From an uncultured Trueperaceae bacterium (GTDB lineage Bacteria > Deinococcota > Deinococci > Deinococcales > Trueperaceae), in NCBI GenBank assembly GCA_963799485.1, contig CAWCXJ010000012.1, forward strand, positions 128,001 to 192,000: DNA of 64,000 nucleotides, read 5' to 3'. Below the pieces are notes generated by a model, which made no database searches, was not told where the DNA came from, and was given only the letters and a program-made list of their open reading frames with translations. Shown piece by piece: positions 29,908 through 43,387 of the stretch; the first letter of the stretch is position 1; the number at the start of each line of letters is the position of its first letter. The translations under genes were made by a program, and so were the position numbers.

Positions 29908-31371
29908 GTGTCCCATCTAGACGAGGCGCTCGAGCTGCTGCTGGCGCGCACCCACAGAGACCCCGAACTCGCTGCGGCGCTGCGAACCCTCTTGGAGGGT
30001 GTTTTGGCGCGTTTACCCGAGCCCGGGCCGGTCGCTGGGCCCGTACCCGAATCTGCGCCGGTCGCAGTAGCCCCCGCAGAACCGGCGTCTGCTCCTGAAG
30101 CCGAGTTAAACGGTGAGACAACCGGTGCGCTAACCGACGAGATAACCTTCGTCGAGTGGCCCGAGTTGGGAGCCGTAGGCAGAAATCTGCAGCTCAAGGC
30201 GGGTGCGTGCCGCTGGGTAGCGGCCTACGGCTACACCGAAGAACCCGCGGCCCTCGGCGAACGCTACGCGCTGCTCGACCACGCGAAAGCGGCAGGGTGT
30301 TTTTTGTGGATGTTTGACCGCGTCCGCGTCAATCCCTACAACACGGCCGGGCTCACCACCCTGGCTGAACTGTTCGAGTTGACGGCGCAGGCGCTGAACT
30401 TCTGGCGCGACGCCGGCGACACGCCCGAGGAGCGGGCAGCCGATCACCTCCTGGCGGACGCGCAGGCGGCGGTGCGCGCCGCTGCCTGGACGCTGGCCGG
30501 CTATAGCGACCCCGATCAGTACGACCTCTACAAAGCGCTAAAACTGAGCGCGCAAGCCTCGAGAACCTATTTGCCGCAGCTCAGTCTGGGCTACCGCCCC
30601 CCGGCGCTGGGCGAACTCACGGTGCGGCTGGCAGCGCTTGGCGAGGCCAGGCAAGCGCGCGAGGCGCGGGCGCGGGCAAGCAAAAAACTTTACGGCAAGG
30701 CGCACTATCACATCAAGCTGGTTGCTAAAAACCCGGCCGACATGGCCCAGTGGCGCAAGGTCGATGAGGCCGTGCGCGAGCTGCTGGCGCAGGGCGAAGC
30801 GGTCGCGGGTCTCCTCGAGCCGCTCCGGGGGCGCGCCGTACCCCCGGATTTGTCCCGGCTCGCCGCGCTGCTGAGGTTGCCTTTAGCCGCGCCGCCCGCA
30901 CCCGTGGGGCAAACCTCGTTCGTCCCCGCCGCGCCGCAACTGCCGGAAAGCGCGAGCGAGGCGGTGAGGCGCGTCGGGCAGCTTTTGGCAGGGCGTGAAA
31001 TCCTGATCGTCGGCGGCGACGAACGCAAAGAGGCGGTCGCGGGGCTTGCCGCGGCGTTCGGTTGCCGCGTGCGGTGGCTCGAGACCGCGCCGCACACCTC
31101 GCTGTCGCTGCTCGAGCCTGCCGTGACCGAAAGTGTCGCGGTCGTCTTGCTGCTGATCCGCTGGTCGAGCCATGTTTACGGCGAACTCGCGCACGTCTGC
31201 AAGGCGCGGGGCGTGCCGCTGGTCAGGCTCGCGGGGGGCTATAACCCCAACCGGGTCGCGCACGACGTGCTGGGGCAAGCGGCGGCGCGGCTCAGCCCGG
31301 ATAGTAGACCTGACAACAAACTTGACGACGCTGACGATACCGACGACAAAGCGCTCGAGCACACGGCCTGA
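29908..31371 (+). CDS. Hypothetical protein with C-terminal DUF2325-like domain
   Basis: AAGGAGG SD; C-terminal ILIVGG...VVLLLIRWSSH...CKARGVPLV. Confidence 0.6.
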   Translation: MSHLDEALELLLARTHRDPELAAALRTLLEGVLARLPEPGPVAGPVPESAPVAVAPAEPASAPEAELNGETTGALTDEITFVEWPELGAVGRNLQLKAGACRWVAAYGYTEEPAALGERYALLDHAKAAGCFLWMFDRVRVNPYNTAGLTTLAELFELTAQALNFWRDAGDTPEERAADHLLADAQAAVRAAAWTLAGYSDPDQYDLYKALKLSAQASRTYLPQLSLGYRPPALGELTVRLAALGEARQAREARARASKKLYGKAHYHIKLVAKNPADMAQWRKVDEAVRELLAQGEAVAGLLEPLRGRAVPPDLSRLAALLRLPLAAPPAPVGQTSFVPAAPQLPESASEAVRRVGQLLAGREILIVGGDERKEAVAGLAAAFGCRVRWLETAPHTSLSLLEPAVTESVAVVLLLIRWSSHVYGELAHVCKARGVPLVRLAGGYNPNRVAHDVLGQAAARLSPDSRPDNKLDDADDTDDKALEHTA

Positions 31372-31581
31372 AGGCCCAGGCTCGTGAAAAAACGCCCGCC
31401 GAATTGTTCACCTGCCGCCGCGCCACGTCACCGTAAACCCGGTCGAGAAGTCGGGACGGGGCACGGTGTCGGCGTCGATGTCTCGGTAACTGAACGCCCC
31501 CTTGGGGGCGGCCCAGCCCCCGCAGCCGCTATATCCGACTGGTGCGGTAAACGCGTCACTGTGAACTTTCGGCGCAGCTAA

Positions 31582-33063
31582 ATGGATTTTTATCTGCTCG
31601 TCGCCAGCCTGCTCGTCGTCGCCGCCGTTCTGAGTACCCGCGCCACCCAGCGTTTCGGTTTACCGGCGCTCGTACTTTTTGTCGCTATCGGGATGCTGGC
31701 CGGGAGCAGCGGGCTCGGACGGATTCGTTTCGACGACTACGCGCTCAGCCTCGAGGTCGGTCTGGTCGCGCTGGCGATCATCTTGTTCAGCGGCGGTCTA
31801 GACACCCGGATGCGGCTCTTTCGGGCGTCTTTGGCACCGGCTCTCAGCCTTTCGACGGTAGGTGTCGTGATTACGATGGGGGTGGTGGGCGGCGCGGCCT
31901 GGCTGCTCACGCCGCTCGGCTTCGTGCAGAGCCTTTTGCTGGGCGCGGTACTCGCCCCGACCGACGCCGCCGCCACCTTCAGCGTCTTAAAAGGGCGCGG
32001 TATCCCGGCGCGCCTGCGCGGGGTGCTCGAGACCGAATCGGGGACGAACGATCCGGTGGGTATCTACCTTACGGTGGCCTTGACGACGGTGCTCGTCAGC
32101 GGTCAGGCCAACGGCCTGAGCCTCATCGGTGGCGTCGCCCTGCAGCTCGCGCTGGGCGGCGTTTTGGGGTACTTGTGGGGTTTAGCGCTCGTGTGGCTTT
32201 TTAACCACGTCAAGCTGGACAGCTCCGGGCTCTATCCGCTGCTGGCCCTCGCCAGCGGACTGTTCGCCTACAGCGCGACCAACCTAGTAGGCGGAAACGG
32301 CTTTTTGGCGGTCTACCTGATGGGCCTCGTCGTCGGCAACCGGCGCGTTCCGCACCGGCAAAACCTCGCCTACTTTATGGAAGGGCTCGCCTGGGGCGCA
32401 CAAATCGTGATGTTTTTGCTGCTCGGTTTGCTCGTTTTTCCCGACGAACTTCCCGGTATCTTGCCGGTTGCGCTGCTCCTGACGCTCGTCTTGACCCTCA
32501 TCGCCCGCCCGCTGGCGGTGGTTTTGTGCCTCGAGCCCATCCAAAGATTGACGCAACACCACAGTTTTACCTGGCAAGAGTACAGCCTGCTCAGCGGCGC
32601 GGGTCTCAAGGGAGCCGTGCCAATTATTCTCGCTATCTTTCCGCTTCTGAACCGGGTCGATAACGGCAACGCGATCTTCAACATCGTCTTCGTGGTCGTC
32701 GTCGTAAGCACGACCCTGCAGGGGCTCGCCATCGGCCCCTTGGCCAAGCGCCTGGGGCTCCTCAAACAAGAACCGCCGGAGTCGCCCTTGCGGATTGAAC
32801 TCGGCGGCGTCGCACCCCCCGGCAGCGCGGTACTCGACGTGTTTTTAGAGCCCGATACCCGCGCCGTAGGCCGACCGCTGCGCGATTTACGGCTCTCTCA
32901 AGACGTGATTATCGCCGCTATCTACCGGGACGGAGAGCTCATCACGCCGCGCGGCGAGGTCGTGTTTAGAGCGGGCGACCACGTTTTTGTCATTACCAGA
33001 GACGTCGATAAAATCGGTATTCCGGCAGCTTTCGTCGCGAAACGGCGCGAGGGTGAGGCTTAG
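31582..33063 (+). CDS. K+/H+ antiporter (NhaP2/CvrA family) with TrkA-C domain
   Basis: TDAAA, ESGTNDP and GLKGAVPI motifs; C-terminal IYRDGELITPRG RCK_C. Confidence 0.9.
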   Translation: MDFYLLVASLLVVAAVLSTRATQRFGLPALVLFVAIGMLAGSSGLGRIRFDDYALSLEVGLVALAIILFSGGLDTRMRLFRASLAPALSLSTVGVVITMGVVGGAAWLLTPLGFVQSLLLGAVLAPTDAAATFSVLKGRGIPARLRGVLETESGTNDPVGIYLTVALTTVLVSGQANGLSLIGGVALQLALGGVLGYLWGLALVWLFNHVKLDSSGLYPLLALASGLFAYSATNLVGGNGFLAVYLMGLVVGNRRVPHRQNLAYFMEGLAWGAQIVMFLLLGLLVFPDELPGILPVALLLTLVLTLIARPLAVVLCLEPIQRLTQHHSFTWQEYSLLSGAGLKGAVPIILAIFPLLNRVDNGNAIFNIVFVVVVVSTTLQGLAIGPLAKRLGLLKQEPPESPLRIELGGVAPPGSAVLDVFLEPDTRAVGRPLRDLRLSQDVIIAAIYRDGELITPRGEVVFRAGDHVFVITRDVDKIGIPAAFVAKRREGEA

Positions 33064-33420
33064 GTTCGGGGTAACGCTTTGGCTTGCCCCGAGCTTCAGC
33101 GGGATTCGGCGAGGGTTTTCACTTCGCCCTGCCGCTGTTGCAACAAGCGACACTCTTGTCAACTTGTGACCAGGCTACCGCATTTAACCGCAACGAGGAC
33201 GACGACATCCCGGCACTCTCGAGAGAAGGCTTGCAGATTACCACCGACGCGACCATCCGTTTTCGCATCGACCCGGCTCAGGCCGACGCCATCTTTCAAA
33301 CGCTCGGCACCGACTACGAAAACACCTTGATCCGCCCGCAGGTGCGCTCGGTCATCCGCGACCGGATCGCGCAGTACAACGCCGCCGAGGTCATCAGCAC
33401 GCAGCGAACCACTCCAGCAG
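33064..33420 (+). pseudogene. SPFH/prohibitin-domain gene remnant
   Basis: EGFHFALP...ALSREGLQITTDATIRFRID...LIRPQVRSVIRD..AQYNAAEVIS matches the SPFH core; N-terminal TM and C-terminal coiled coil are missing. Confidence 0.6.
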
Positions 33421-33458
33421 GGTATCAAAACTACGCTCGCACAAGAACTCGAGCTGCT

Positions 33459-34355
33459 TTAGGTCGGTGCAACCCTGCGCGCGACCCGTTGTTCGCGCCG
33501 CTTGGCGTAACTTACGACAGCGATACCGGCGAGCGCGACAATGCCTCCCACCAGCGTTAAGGGGGACGGCACTTCAGCGAGCAGGAGCCACGAAAAGAAC
33601 AAGCTGAAGACCGGGACGGCGTAGAGAAACGTCGTCGCCAAAGTCACCGGTAACTTGGAAATCGCATAAGAAAACTGTGCGTAGGCGACCGCCGCCGGAA
33701 ACACCCCGATGTAGACCGTCGCCGCCAGCGGCAGCGTTCCCGCGCCCGCGACATCGGTAAAAAAACCGGGCAAAAAGACGAGCAGCGGCAGTGTCCCGGC
33801 CCAGGTGCAAAAAGCTGTGACCTCGACGGCCCGGTAGCGCGCGAAGAGCGGTTTTTGCAACACCGTAAAAAACGCCGTGGAAAGTGCCGACAAGAGAATT
33901 AAAAAAGCAAAAGGGTTGAGGCTGAGGCCCGCGCTGTCGCCCAGCACAATCAGCAGCACGCCCACGAAAGAGACCCCGGTACCGACCCAACCGAGCCGCG
34001 ACAGCCGGTCGCGGAGAACGAAAAAGGCCACGATCGCCGTAAGCGCCGGGGCTGTGGCGATAATCAGGCTGGCCGCCCCCGCCGAGACGTGCAGCTCGCC
34101 GTAGTTGAGCGCGAGGTGGTAAATGGTAATTCCTAAAAGTCCGGCGAGAAAAAACGTCGGCAGGTCGCGCCGGTCAGGAAACAGGCGTCTTTTCGTTGCC
34201 GCCAGATAGACCGCAAAACACAGCGACGCCACGAGAAAACGCAGCAGCGTCAGGTCAGCCGCCGAGAGCCCCTCGAGCCCCAGTTTGATTGCCGGAAACG
34301 CCGAACCCCACAGCACCGCGAGGACGAATAGATTAAAGAACATACCCCAGGTCAT
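33459..34355 (-). CDS. DMT/EamA family transporter
   Basis: LWGSAF N-terminus, about 10 TM, duplicated EamA pattern. Confidence 0.88.
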   Translation of the reverse strand: MTWGMFFNLFVLAVLWGSAFPAIKLGLEGLSAADLTLLRFLVASLCFAVYLAATKRRLFPDRRDLPTFFLAGLLGITIYHLALNYGELHVSAGAASLIIATAPALTAIVAFFVLRDRLSRLGWVGTGVSFVGVLLIVLGDSAGLSLNPFAFLILLSALSTAFFTVLQKPLFARYRAVEVTAFCTWAGTLPLLVFLPGFFTDVAGAGTLPLAATVYIGVFPAAVAYAQFSYAISKLPVTLATTFLYAVPVFSLFFSWLLLAEVPSPLTLVGGIVALAGIAVVSYAKRREQRVARRVAPT

Positions 34356-34419
34356 AAAGACAGGCTACCCCGTAACTCGGGAGTAGCCTATCTGGTTTCG
34401 TGTTCAAAGTGTCCGGCCT

Positions 34420-35404
34420 TTAAGAAGGCAGCGCCACCGGGCGACCGCACGCGCAGCTTTCAGACTCGCGTATCATTTTGGTCTGGCCTTCGCGGTACCA
34501 GAGGGTGTCGCAGTCGGGGCAGCGGATTTCGTTTTGCGAAATGCTGCGGAGCGCGTCGGACTCCAGCCAACGCGCCTCCCCGCACCAGTGACAGACGACT
34601 TCAGCGCCGCCGTCCTCTGCAATCATCCGCTCGCGCTCTTCGGGCGAAAAGTAAGCGAGGGCGTCCAGGGCTTTTTCGTCCGAACAGCGGCATTCAAAAC
34701 GGAGCGGCAAGGCGTCGGGCGTGAGTAGTTTGAAATCCAGACCCCAGCACAGCTCTTCGATGATTTCAATGAGCGACGCGCGGCGCATCGCGTCGGTGAA
34801 TTGGCCCAACGCGCGGACGTTGGCCTCGAGCAAATCTAGCGCCGCGTCGTCGGCGTCGGGCAGCGCCTGCAAGATGACGCCGCCGGATTTGACCACACCG
34901 GAGGGCTCTATATACACCCCCAACAGTACCGCCGAACGAATCTGCTCGGACTGCGCCAAAAAAACCGCGACGTCTTCAGCGATTTCACCTGTGACCAAAT
35001 CCACCGAACTGCTGTACGGGTCGCCGTAAGGCGCGTGCGCGCGGATGACCTGCAGGTCGCCCTTGCCGAGCGCCCCGCCGACGTTGAGTTTGCCGTCCGG
35101 ACGAGGCGGCAGCGTCGCGTCCGGATGATTGACGTAACCGCGCACCGCACCGTCTAGTCCCGCGTCGGCAATCACGCCGCCGAGCGGCCCGTCCCCGCGC
35201 AAACGGAGCGTCACGCGGTCTTGCGGGTTTTTGAGGAGAACGTGCGATAAGAGCAGCGCCCCGGTCAGGGTGCGGCCCAGAGCTGCGGTCGCGGTTGGGG
35301 AGGTGTCGTGACGGACACGCGCGTATTCGACGAGTCTGGGTGGTGTCGGCGGCGACCACGCGGACGCCGCCAGCGGCTGCGACGCCGCGAAGCAGGTAAG
35401 ACAT
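34420..35404 (-). CDS. hslO: Hsp33 redox-regulated chaperone, one extra base at ~35335-35340
   Basis: MSYLLRG...ADTT | LVEYARVRH..SPTATAALGR; SEQIRS; CRCS...CHWC zinc motif; extra C-terminal CPDC...CAC. Confidence 0.88.
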
Positions 35405-35641
35405 GGGTTGTCCTTTCGGATTACAAAACTCAAGTATTGCTAGTGCCGCCCCAAGGCGGCGTAACCAGAGAATTATACGGTTTGGAGGCAAGTTTCAGGG
35501 TAAGGCTCAAGACGACCTTACCGCAACGCGGCAGCGCCTACTCGCAGCTCGAGCGCGAAGCGGTATCTACAGGTGTACGCCCTCGGCCCAACTTGCGATA
35601 AACCGTGAGGGGTCGTTGCGCCCGGTGTGTCGCTGTGCCTG

Positions 35642-36184
35642 CTAGCGGTCGTCCTTTCCGAAATGCTCTTGATAACGCTCCAAAGCCTCCCGGATAACGT
35701 TGTGAGCGTCCCCCAACCCCAAAAAATCGCTGACTTTGACGTCCCGCTTCAGCGTGTCCTGATAGTCCTCGAAAAACCACTCGAGCTTCTCGCGTTCGTA
35801 AGCAGGCAGGTCGGAGAGGGTCTTGTGGTCTTTATACATCGGGTCGGTAACGTGAACACAGATGAGCTTGTCGTCCCTTTCGTCGCGGTCGGTCAGAACG
35901 AAGATACCGAGGGGCCGAACCTGCACCAGACTCAGCGGCGCAACCGGGTTTTGCATCAGTACCAACACGTCTAGCGGGTCGCCGTCGGTGGCGAGGGTGC
36001 GCGGCAAAAAGCCGTAGTTAGCAGGATAAGGAACCGGCGGGTGCATGATGCGGTTGACGCTTAAGAGGCCGAGCGCCTTGTCAAGCTCGTACTTCGTCGT
36101 GTCGCCGCGCGGCACCTCGACGACTGCGCGCATCTCAAAGGGAGCATTGTCACCGATAGGAACGTCGTGCCAGGGATGGGTCAT
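35642..36184 (-). CDS. ppa: Inorganic pyrophosphatase (family I)
   Basis: HPWHD, KYELDK, YPANYG and DGDPLD motifs. Confidence 0.93.
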   Translation of the reverse strand: MTHPWHDVPIGDNAPFEMRAVVEVPRGDTTKYELDKALGLLSVNRIMHPPVPYPANYGFLPRTLATDGDPLDVLVLMQNPVAPLSLVQVRPLGIFVLTDRDERDDKLICVHVTDPMYKDHKTLSDLPAYEREKLEWFFEDYQDTLKRDVKVSDFLGLGDAHNVIREALERYQEHFGKDDR

Positions 36185-36204
36185 AAGCCCAGCATAGATT
36201 ATCT

Positions 36205-38470
<2,266 letters not shown>

Positions 38471-38484
38471 GCCTAGAGCGTATC

Positions 38485-39112
38485 TCAAAAAGCCCTGCAA
38501 GGTAGGGGAACTGCATAAAAAGGGATGCGCTCGAGCCACCCATGCCCAGGGTCGGTAAGCGTGAGCGCCTGAGGTAACCAACGTTTCCGGCTCGTATCCA
38601 GCTTTGGGTAGACGGTCTCAAAATCCCTCTGGTCTTGACGCCGCTCACCAGTACCGGTGTTTTTGCTCTTAAAAAGCAGTACGAGTTCAGGGGCGAGGAA
38701 CGGAACGCCTGTCGGGGACTGCAAAAAAGCTTTTTCAGCAGGGCAGGTGATGCGTGGGTCGCGGCGATACGTCCAGGTCTCCGCGTTCATATCGGTGAGC
38801 TGAACGTCGATAAACATGCCCTCTCGGTGCGCGTGAATCTGGATTTGAGGTTCTTTGGGGCTGCCCATAGGCCACGGCTCGAGTTGCCCGCCTAGCGGCA
38901 AAACGAGCTGCCAACCCCGGTCTGTCAGATGCTGCCGTAAATCGGATATAGCCGTGCGTGAGACGACCACATCAACATCGTGATGGACGCGGCTGACGCG
39001 GTTTGTAAAAAGCTCGAGCGCCCAGCCACTCCCGACAAACCAGGGGTGCGCGAAGGTACCGAGTTCGTAAGCCCCGCGTTCAACCGGCGTAAACCCGTAA
39101 AACGCCGTCCAC
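38485..39112 (-). CDS. Nucleotidyltransferase (aminoglycoside-2''-adenylyltransferase-like family); one extra T near the start
   Basis: PWFVGSGWALELF...RVHHDVDVVV, LAPELVLLFKSK and DQRDF. The GTG at 39112 becomes in frame if one T of TTTT (~39100) is removed. Confidence 0.7.
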
Positions 39113-39133
39113 TACGCTTCTGATTGTTTGCCC

Positions 39134-39571
39134 TTACGCCTCGGCTGCGTCGCCGAAGTCCGACAAGCCGACCTGTTCGACGACTTCCTGCGCCACCCAA
39201 ATCGGCGCGTCCGTGCGGACTGCCAGGGCGAGGGCGTCCGAGGGGCGGGCGTCAAGCTCGAGTTCAATTCCCCGGTTCTCGAGCACGACTCGCCCGTAAA
39301 AGGTGCCGCCTTCAGAAGTCGTCACGAGTTCGGTGACTTCGACGCGTTTTACGGTTGCGCCGAGCAGCTCGAGCCCTGAGAGCATCAAATCGTGCGACAG
39401 GGGCCGTGTGGGGGGCTCCGCGCTCCGGCCCGCGAGAATCGAGAGGGCCTCGAGGTGGCCTATCGTAATCGGCACAAACTCACCCGAGAGCGTTTTTAAC
39501 AGCACGATAAAAAATTCGCCGTTGCCGGCGACCGCCACGTCTTCTAACACCGCTTCGACGAGTCCGTTCAT
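39134..39571 (-). CDS. Bifunctional nuclease family (DUF151) protein
   Basis: PITIGHLEA, RPLSHDL and DARPSDALALA motifs. Confidence 0.88.
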   Translation of the reverse strand: MNGLVEAVLEDVAVAGNGEFFIVLLKTLSGEFVPITIGHLEALSILAGRSAEPPTRPLSHDLMLSGLELLGATVKRVEVTELVTTSEGGTFYGRVVLENRGIELELDARPSDALALAVRTDAPIWVAQEVVEQVGLSDFGDAAEA

Positions 39572-39780
39572 GAGATTAGCTTACTCGTTTTGCCAGGAGT
39601 GTTGACGAGCCTGCGCAAATTTTTGCTCAAGCGTAAAGCCGATCTGTGCGGAGAACAGAGAATACAGGCAGGAGAATGCAGAACGAGACCGCTAGATTCT
39701 CCCTTCTGTATTCTGCTTTCTCGTGCAACCGAATTCACGCGAGCCAAATCTCCGAATCGACTTGCTAAACTGTCCCTAAT

Positions 39781-41199
39781 ATGCCTGAACTCGAGCCCGT
39801 CATCGGCCTGGAAGTCCACTTGGCCTTAAGCACCAGAAGCAAGATGTTTTGCGCCTGCTCCGCCGAAACCTTCGGCGACCCCCCCAACACGCACACCTGC
39901 CCGGTCTGCCTGGGTCTCCCCGGCAGCTTGCCGACCCCCAACCGCGAAGCCTTTGAAAAAGCCCTGACGCTCTCCCTCGCACTCGGCTGTTCTGTACCGG
40001 AACGCACGCAGTTTCACCGTAAAAACTACTTCTACCCCGACGCGCCGAAAAACTATCAGATCAGCCAGTACGACCATCCGGTAGGGGAAGGCGGCACCCT
40101 GACGCTCTCTACGGGGCGGTGTATCGGTATCACCCGTTGTCACTTGGAAGAGGACGCCGGACGCTCGCAGCACCCGACTTACGCCGACTACAGCCTCGTA
40201 GACCTGAACCGGGCCGGCGCGCCACTGGTCGAGATGGTCACAGAACCCGACCTTCGCACGCCGGAAGAGGCGAGGGAGTTCTTGAACACCGTTCGGGCCG
40301 TAGCAAGGGCCCTCGGCGTCTCGGACGCAAACCCCGAAGCGGGCAAGATGCGCGCCGATGTCAACGTTTCGGTGCGGCGACCGGGAGAGCCGTTCGGTAC
40401 CAAGGTCGAAGTCAAAAACCTCAACTCGTTTAGGAGCGTGCAGCGGGCTTTGGAGTTTGAAATCAAACGGCAGAGCCGGATTATAGAAGACGGCGGCAGC
40501 GTCCGGCAAGACACGCTCGGTTGGGACGAGGGCGGGCAGAAGACGTATTTGCTGCGGACCAAAGAGGGCGAGGCCGACTACCGCTACTTCCCCGACCCCG
40601 ATTTGCCGCCCTTTTATATTGATGAGGACTGGCTTACGCGCCTCAGAACCGCCATGCCGGAGCTGCCGGACGCCAAAGCCGCGCGTTACGCCGCGCTCGG
40701 AGTACGCGCGGAAAGCGCGGCGCTGCTCGCTTATGACGTGGATTTCTCAAGGTTTTTTGACGCGGCCCTCGAGTTCCAAAACAACGCCCAAGCTCTCGCC
40801 AACTGGCTGAGCGGCGACGTGACGGGCTACCTCAACACGCACGGTTTGACGCTGACGAGTTCCCGGCTGACCCCGGAACATCTTGCTGGACTCGTCGGTT
40901 TGGTCGAGGCCGACACGATTTCAGGCAAAATCGCCAAGGATTTGCTGCCCGAAGTCGTCGGTGGGGCAGACCCGGCGGCGTTGGTGAGAGAGCGGGGGCT
41001 CGAGCAAGTCACCGACACGGCAGCTTTAGAGGGCGTGGTCGCACAGGTTCTAGCTGAAAACCCGAAGCTGGTCGCAGAGGCCAAGGCGAACCCTAAAGCG
41101 GTCAACGCGCTTTTAGGCCGGGTGATAAAAGCAAGTGGCGGCAAGGCGAACCCGGCGCGGGTGCGTGAACTTATCACCGAGAAATTAGCAGGGAGCTGA
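39781..41199 (+). CDS. gatB: Asp/Glu-tRNA amidotransferase subunit B
   Basis: [28 protein letters not shown] and YRYFPDPDL motifs. Confidence 0.96.
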   Translation: MPELEPVIGLEVHLALSTRSKMFCACSAETFGDPPNTHTCPVCLGLPGSLPTPNREAFEKALTLSLALGCSVPERTQFHRKNYFYPDAPKNYQISQYDHPVGEGGTLTLSTGRCIGITRCHLEEDAGRSQHPTYADYSLVDLNRAGAPLVEMVTEPDLRTPEEAREFLNTVRAVARALGVSDANPEAGKMRADVNVSVRRPGEPFGTKVEVKNLNSFRSVQRALEFEIKRQSRIIEDGGSVRQDTLGWDEGGQKTYLLRTKEGEADYRYFPDPDLPPFYIDEDWLTRLRTAMPELPDAKAARYAALGVRAESAALLAYDVDFSRFFDAALEFQNNAQALANWLSGDVTGYLNTHGLTLTSSRLTPEHLAGLVGLVEADTISGKIAKDLLPEVVGGADPAALVRERGLEQVTDTAALEGVVAQVLAENPKLVAEAKANPKAVNALLGRVIKASGGKANPARVRELITEKLAGS

Positions 41200-41273
41200 T
41201 GGTAGGTAAAGATATGCTCAGCCTCTGTACCCGCCGACACGAGCCCCGTAAACCTGCCCGGTAAGATACTCCT

Positions 41274-41963
41274 ATGAACCTTATGGCTGTTTTTGCCCAT
41301 CCTGACGATGAACTCGGTTGTGTCGGTACGTTGGCCAAACATGCGGCGCGTGGCGACCGTGTGATGCTCGTCTGGACGACACACGGCGAGTTGGCAAGTC
41401 AGTTCGGCGACACCGACCACGCCGAGGTGCGGCGTGTGCGGCAAGAGCACGGCGCTTGGGTTGCGGGGCAGCTCGGGGCCGAATATCACTTTTTCGATAT
41501 GGGCGACTCACGCATGACCGGGAGCCGTAACGAAGGTTTGGCTTTGGCCCGTCTTTACGCAGACTTCAAGCCCGACGCCGTCATCGGCTGGAGCGACGAC
41601 CACGCGCACCCCGACCACCGGATGAGCGCCAAAATCGCCTTCGACGCGGTTACGCTGGCGCGGATCCCCAAAATCATCAATGAAGAGTTAGCGGAGCGGC
41701 TCGAGCCCCACCGTAAACCTGTCCGGTTTTATCAGTACCCCTCGGCGGGTTCGGCGTATCCAACCTTGCACGTCGATGTGTCGGAACACGTAGAGGTCGG
41801 TGAACGCGTGTTTGCCTACTACCGCGACTTTTACGGTTGGGACGCCCGTCCCGAATGGTTTAAGCGTAACCTGACGGCGCGCGGCGCTGAAGCGGGCGTG
41901 AAGTTTGCCGAGGCGTTTCAGTTTCGGGGGCGTTTCGTGCCGGCGCGGGTGTATCTGCCCTGA
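41274..41963 (+). CDS. PIG-L/LmbE family deacetylase
   Basis: AHPDDE and HPDH motifs. Confidence 0.88.
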   Translation: MNLMAVFAHPDDELGCVGTLAKHAARGDRVMLVWTTHGELASQFGDTDHAEVRRVRQEHGAWVAGQLGAEYHFFDMGDSRMTGSRNEGLALARLYADFKPDAVIGWSDDHAHPDHRMSAKIAFDAVTLARIPKIINEELAERLEPHRKPVRFYQYPSAGSAYPTLHVDVSEHVEVGERVFAYYRDFYGWDARPEWFKRNLTARGAEAGVKFAEAFQFRGRFVPARVYLP

Positions 41964-42176
41964 CCTGCGCCCTTGCAGTATTGCTGCACACGGCTCTCTC
42001 ACGCTGCCTCGTCATGATAACGGTATGGTCTTTAGCACCGCTGCAAGTTTAACCGCAAGTGTGGCTGCTTGTTCACCCGCTCCCGGACTGTTAGAATGCC
42101 CAGGTTTGACGTGCAGGGGGACTGTCGGCAGGTATGTTAGTATCTGCCAATCTGCCGCCGCAACTGAGAGGGTTTC

Positions 42177-43271
42177 GTGAAGGTGTTTCGTACTGCAGTT
42201 ATATTTTTAGGCTTGCTCTTTCTGCTCCCGCTAGGGGCGGCGCAAGAGATTGCCGAACGTTCGACCCCTGAACTGCTCCGCTACGGCAGGGCGCTTTATG
42301 AGCGGGGTGAGTGCTTTTCGTCGCGCTACTTGTTTCAGCAGGTGCTGGAGCGGGAGCCGCAAAATCCGGAAGCGCTCTCCGGCAAGGGCAGGGCGCTTAT
42401 CTGCGAAGGGTCGTTCGACGAAGGCATCGGCGCGCTTGAACAGGTTGCCGAACTCGCCCCCAACGCGGTCGGCGTCTATACCCAGCTGGCTGAAGCGTAT
42501 CTAGAGCAGTACCAGCGTGACCCGAAAACGCACGAGGGGCGGCTTCAAGACGCGCTCGGCGCGCTCGAGCAGGCCGACGCACAGGGCGCGAACAGCGCGG
42601 CAGTGATGAACCTGCGCGGCGTCGTCTACTACCGTCAGGGCGATTTGCAGCAGGCTAAAGACGCGCTCGAGCAAGCGACCGAACAAGCCCCCGATGTAGC
42701 CGACTATCAACGCAATCTGGGTCTCGTCTATGTGCAACTCGGTGATACCGAGGCGGCGGTAAAAACGCTGCGGCGGGCGGTTTCTTTAGAGCCCGACAAT
42801 GCGCTCGGTCACAATCAGCTCGGTCAGGCGTACCTACTTTCAGAGCGCTGCGACGACGCGGTGTTCGAGTTGGAGCAGGCGGCGACGCTCGCCCCGAACG
42901 AAGCTGCGGTCAACCTCAACCTGGGCATTGCCAACTTCGACTGTAAAAACTTCGAAGCGGCGCGCCCCTACTTCGAAAAGGTTATCGCGCTGGAACCGAC
43001 CGCGTTCGCTCCGGCGTATACTTACCTAGCGCGGATCGACCTCGAGGCGAACGACTTCGACTCGGCTGTGACGCAAGCGACCAAAGGGGCGCTCTTGCCC
43101 CCCGCCAACGCCGAAGCCTACTACTGGCTCGGTCAGGCGTATGCGGCGCGTGGCGGCACGGCAAGTGACGGTACGCTCGACAGCGATAAAGCCGAGGACG
43201 CCTACCGGCGGGCGCTCGAGCTAGACCCCTTGTACGTTCCGGCGCAAGACGCGCTGGACGCCGCTAGGTGA
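42177..43271 (+). CDS. Secreted tetratricopeptide-repeat protein
   Basis: Signal peptide followed by multiple TPR units. Confidence 0.85.
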   Translation: MKVFRTAVIFLGLLFLLPLGAAQEIAERSTPELLRYGRALYERGECFSSRYLFQQVLEREPQNPEALSGKGRALICEGSFDEGIGALEQVAELAPNAVGVYTQLAEAYLEQYQRDPKTHEGRLQDALGALEQADAQGANSAAVMNLRGVVYYRQGDLQQAKDALEQATEQAPDVADYQRNLGLVYVQLGDTEAAVKTLRRAVSLEPDNALGHNQLGQAYLLSERCDDAVFELEQAATLAPNEAAVNLNLGIANFDCKNFEAARPYFEKVIALEPTAFAPAYTYLARIDLEANDFDSAVTQATKGALLPPANAEAYYWLGQAYAARGGTASDGTLDSDKAEDAYRRALELDPLYVPAQDALDAAR

Positions 43272-43387
43272 CACCAACACCGGGCACCCCCTAACGGGTT
43301 TTCAGAGGGCCGAAGCAGCAGCGGGATGTCTGCTTTACGCCTCACTTTGTAACCAAACTTTTGCTCAACGTCCCGCTCTGGAGGCAC

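Noticed and set aside
35330..35345. Programmed frameshift in hslO or in the DUF11 gene
   Set aside because: No slippery heptamer or stimulatory structure seen; similar indels occur in unrelated genes.
38485..39112. Acquired aminoglycoside-resistance gene
   Set aside because: Only family-level similarity; embedded among housekeeping genes with no mobile-element context.
39651..39722. Imperfect inverted repeat upstream of gatB (similar one at ~7387-7428) as a MITE or riboswitch
   Set aside because: No target-site duplication, second copy or T-box motif seen; probably a generic intergenic hairpin.
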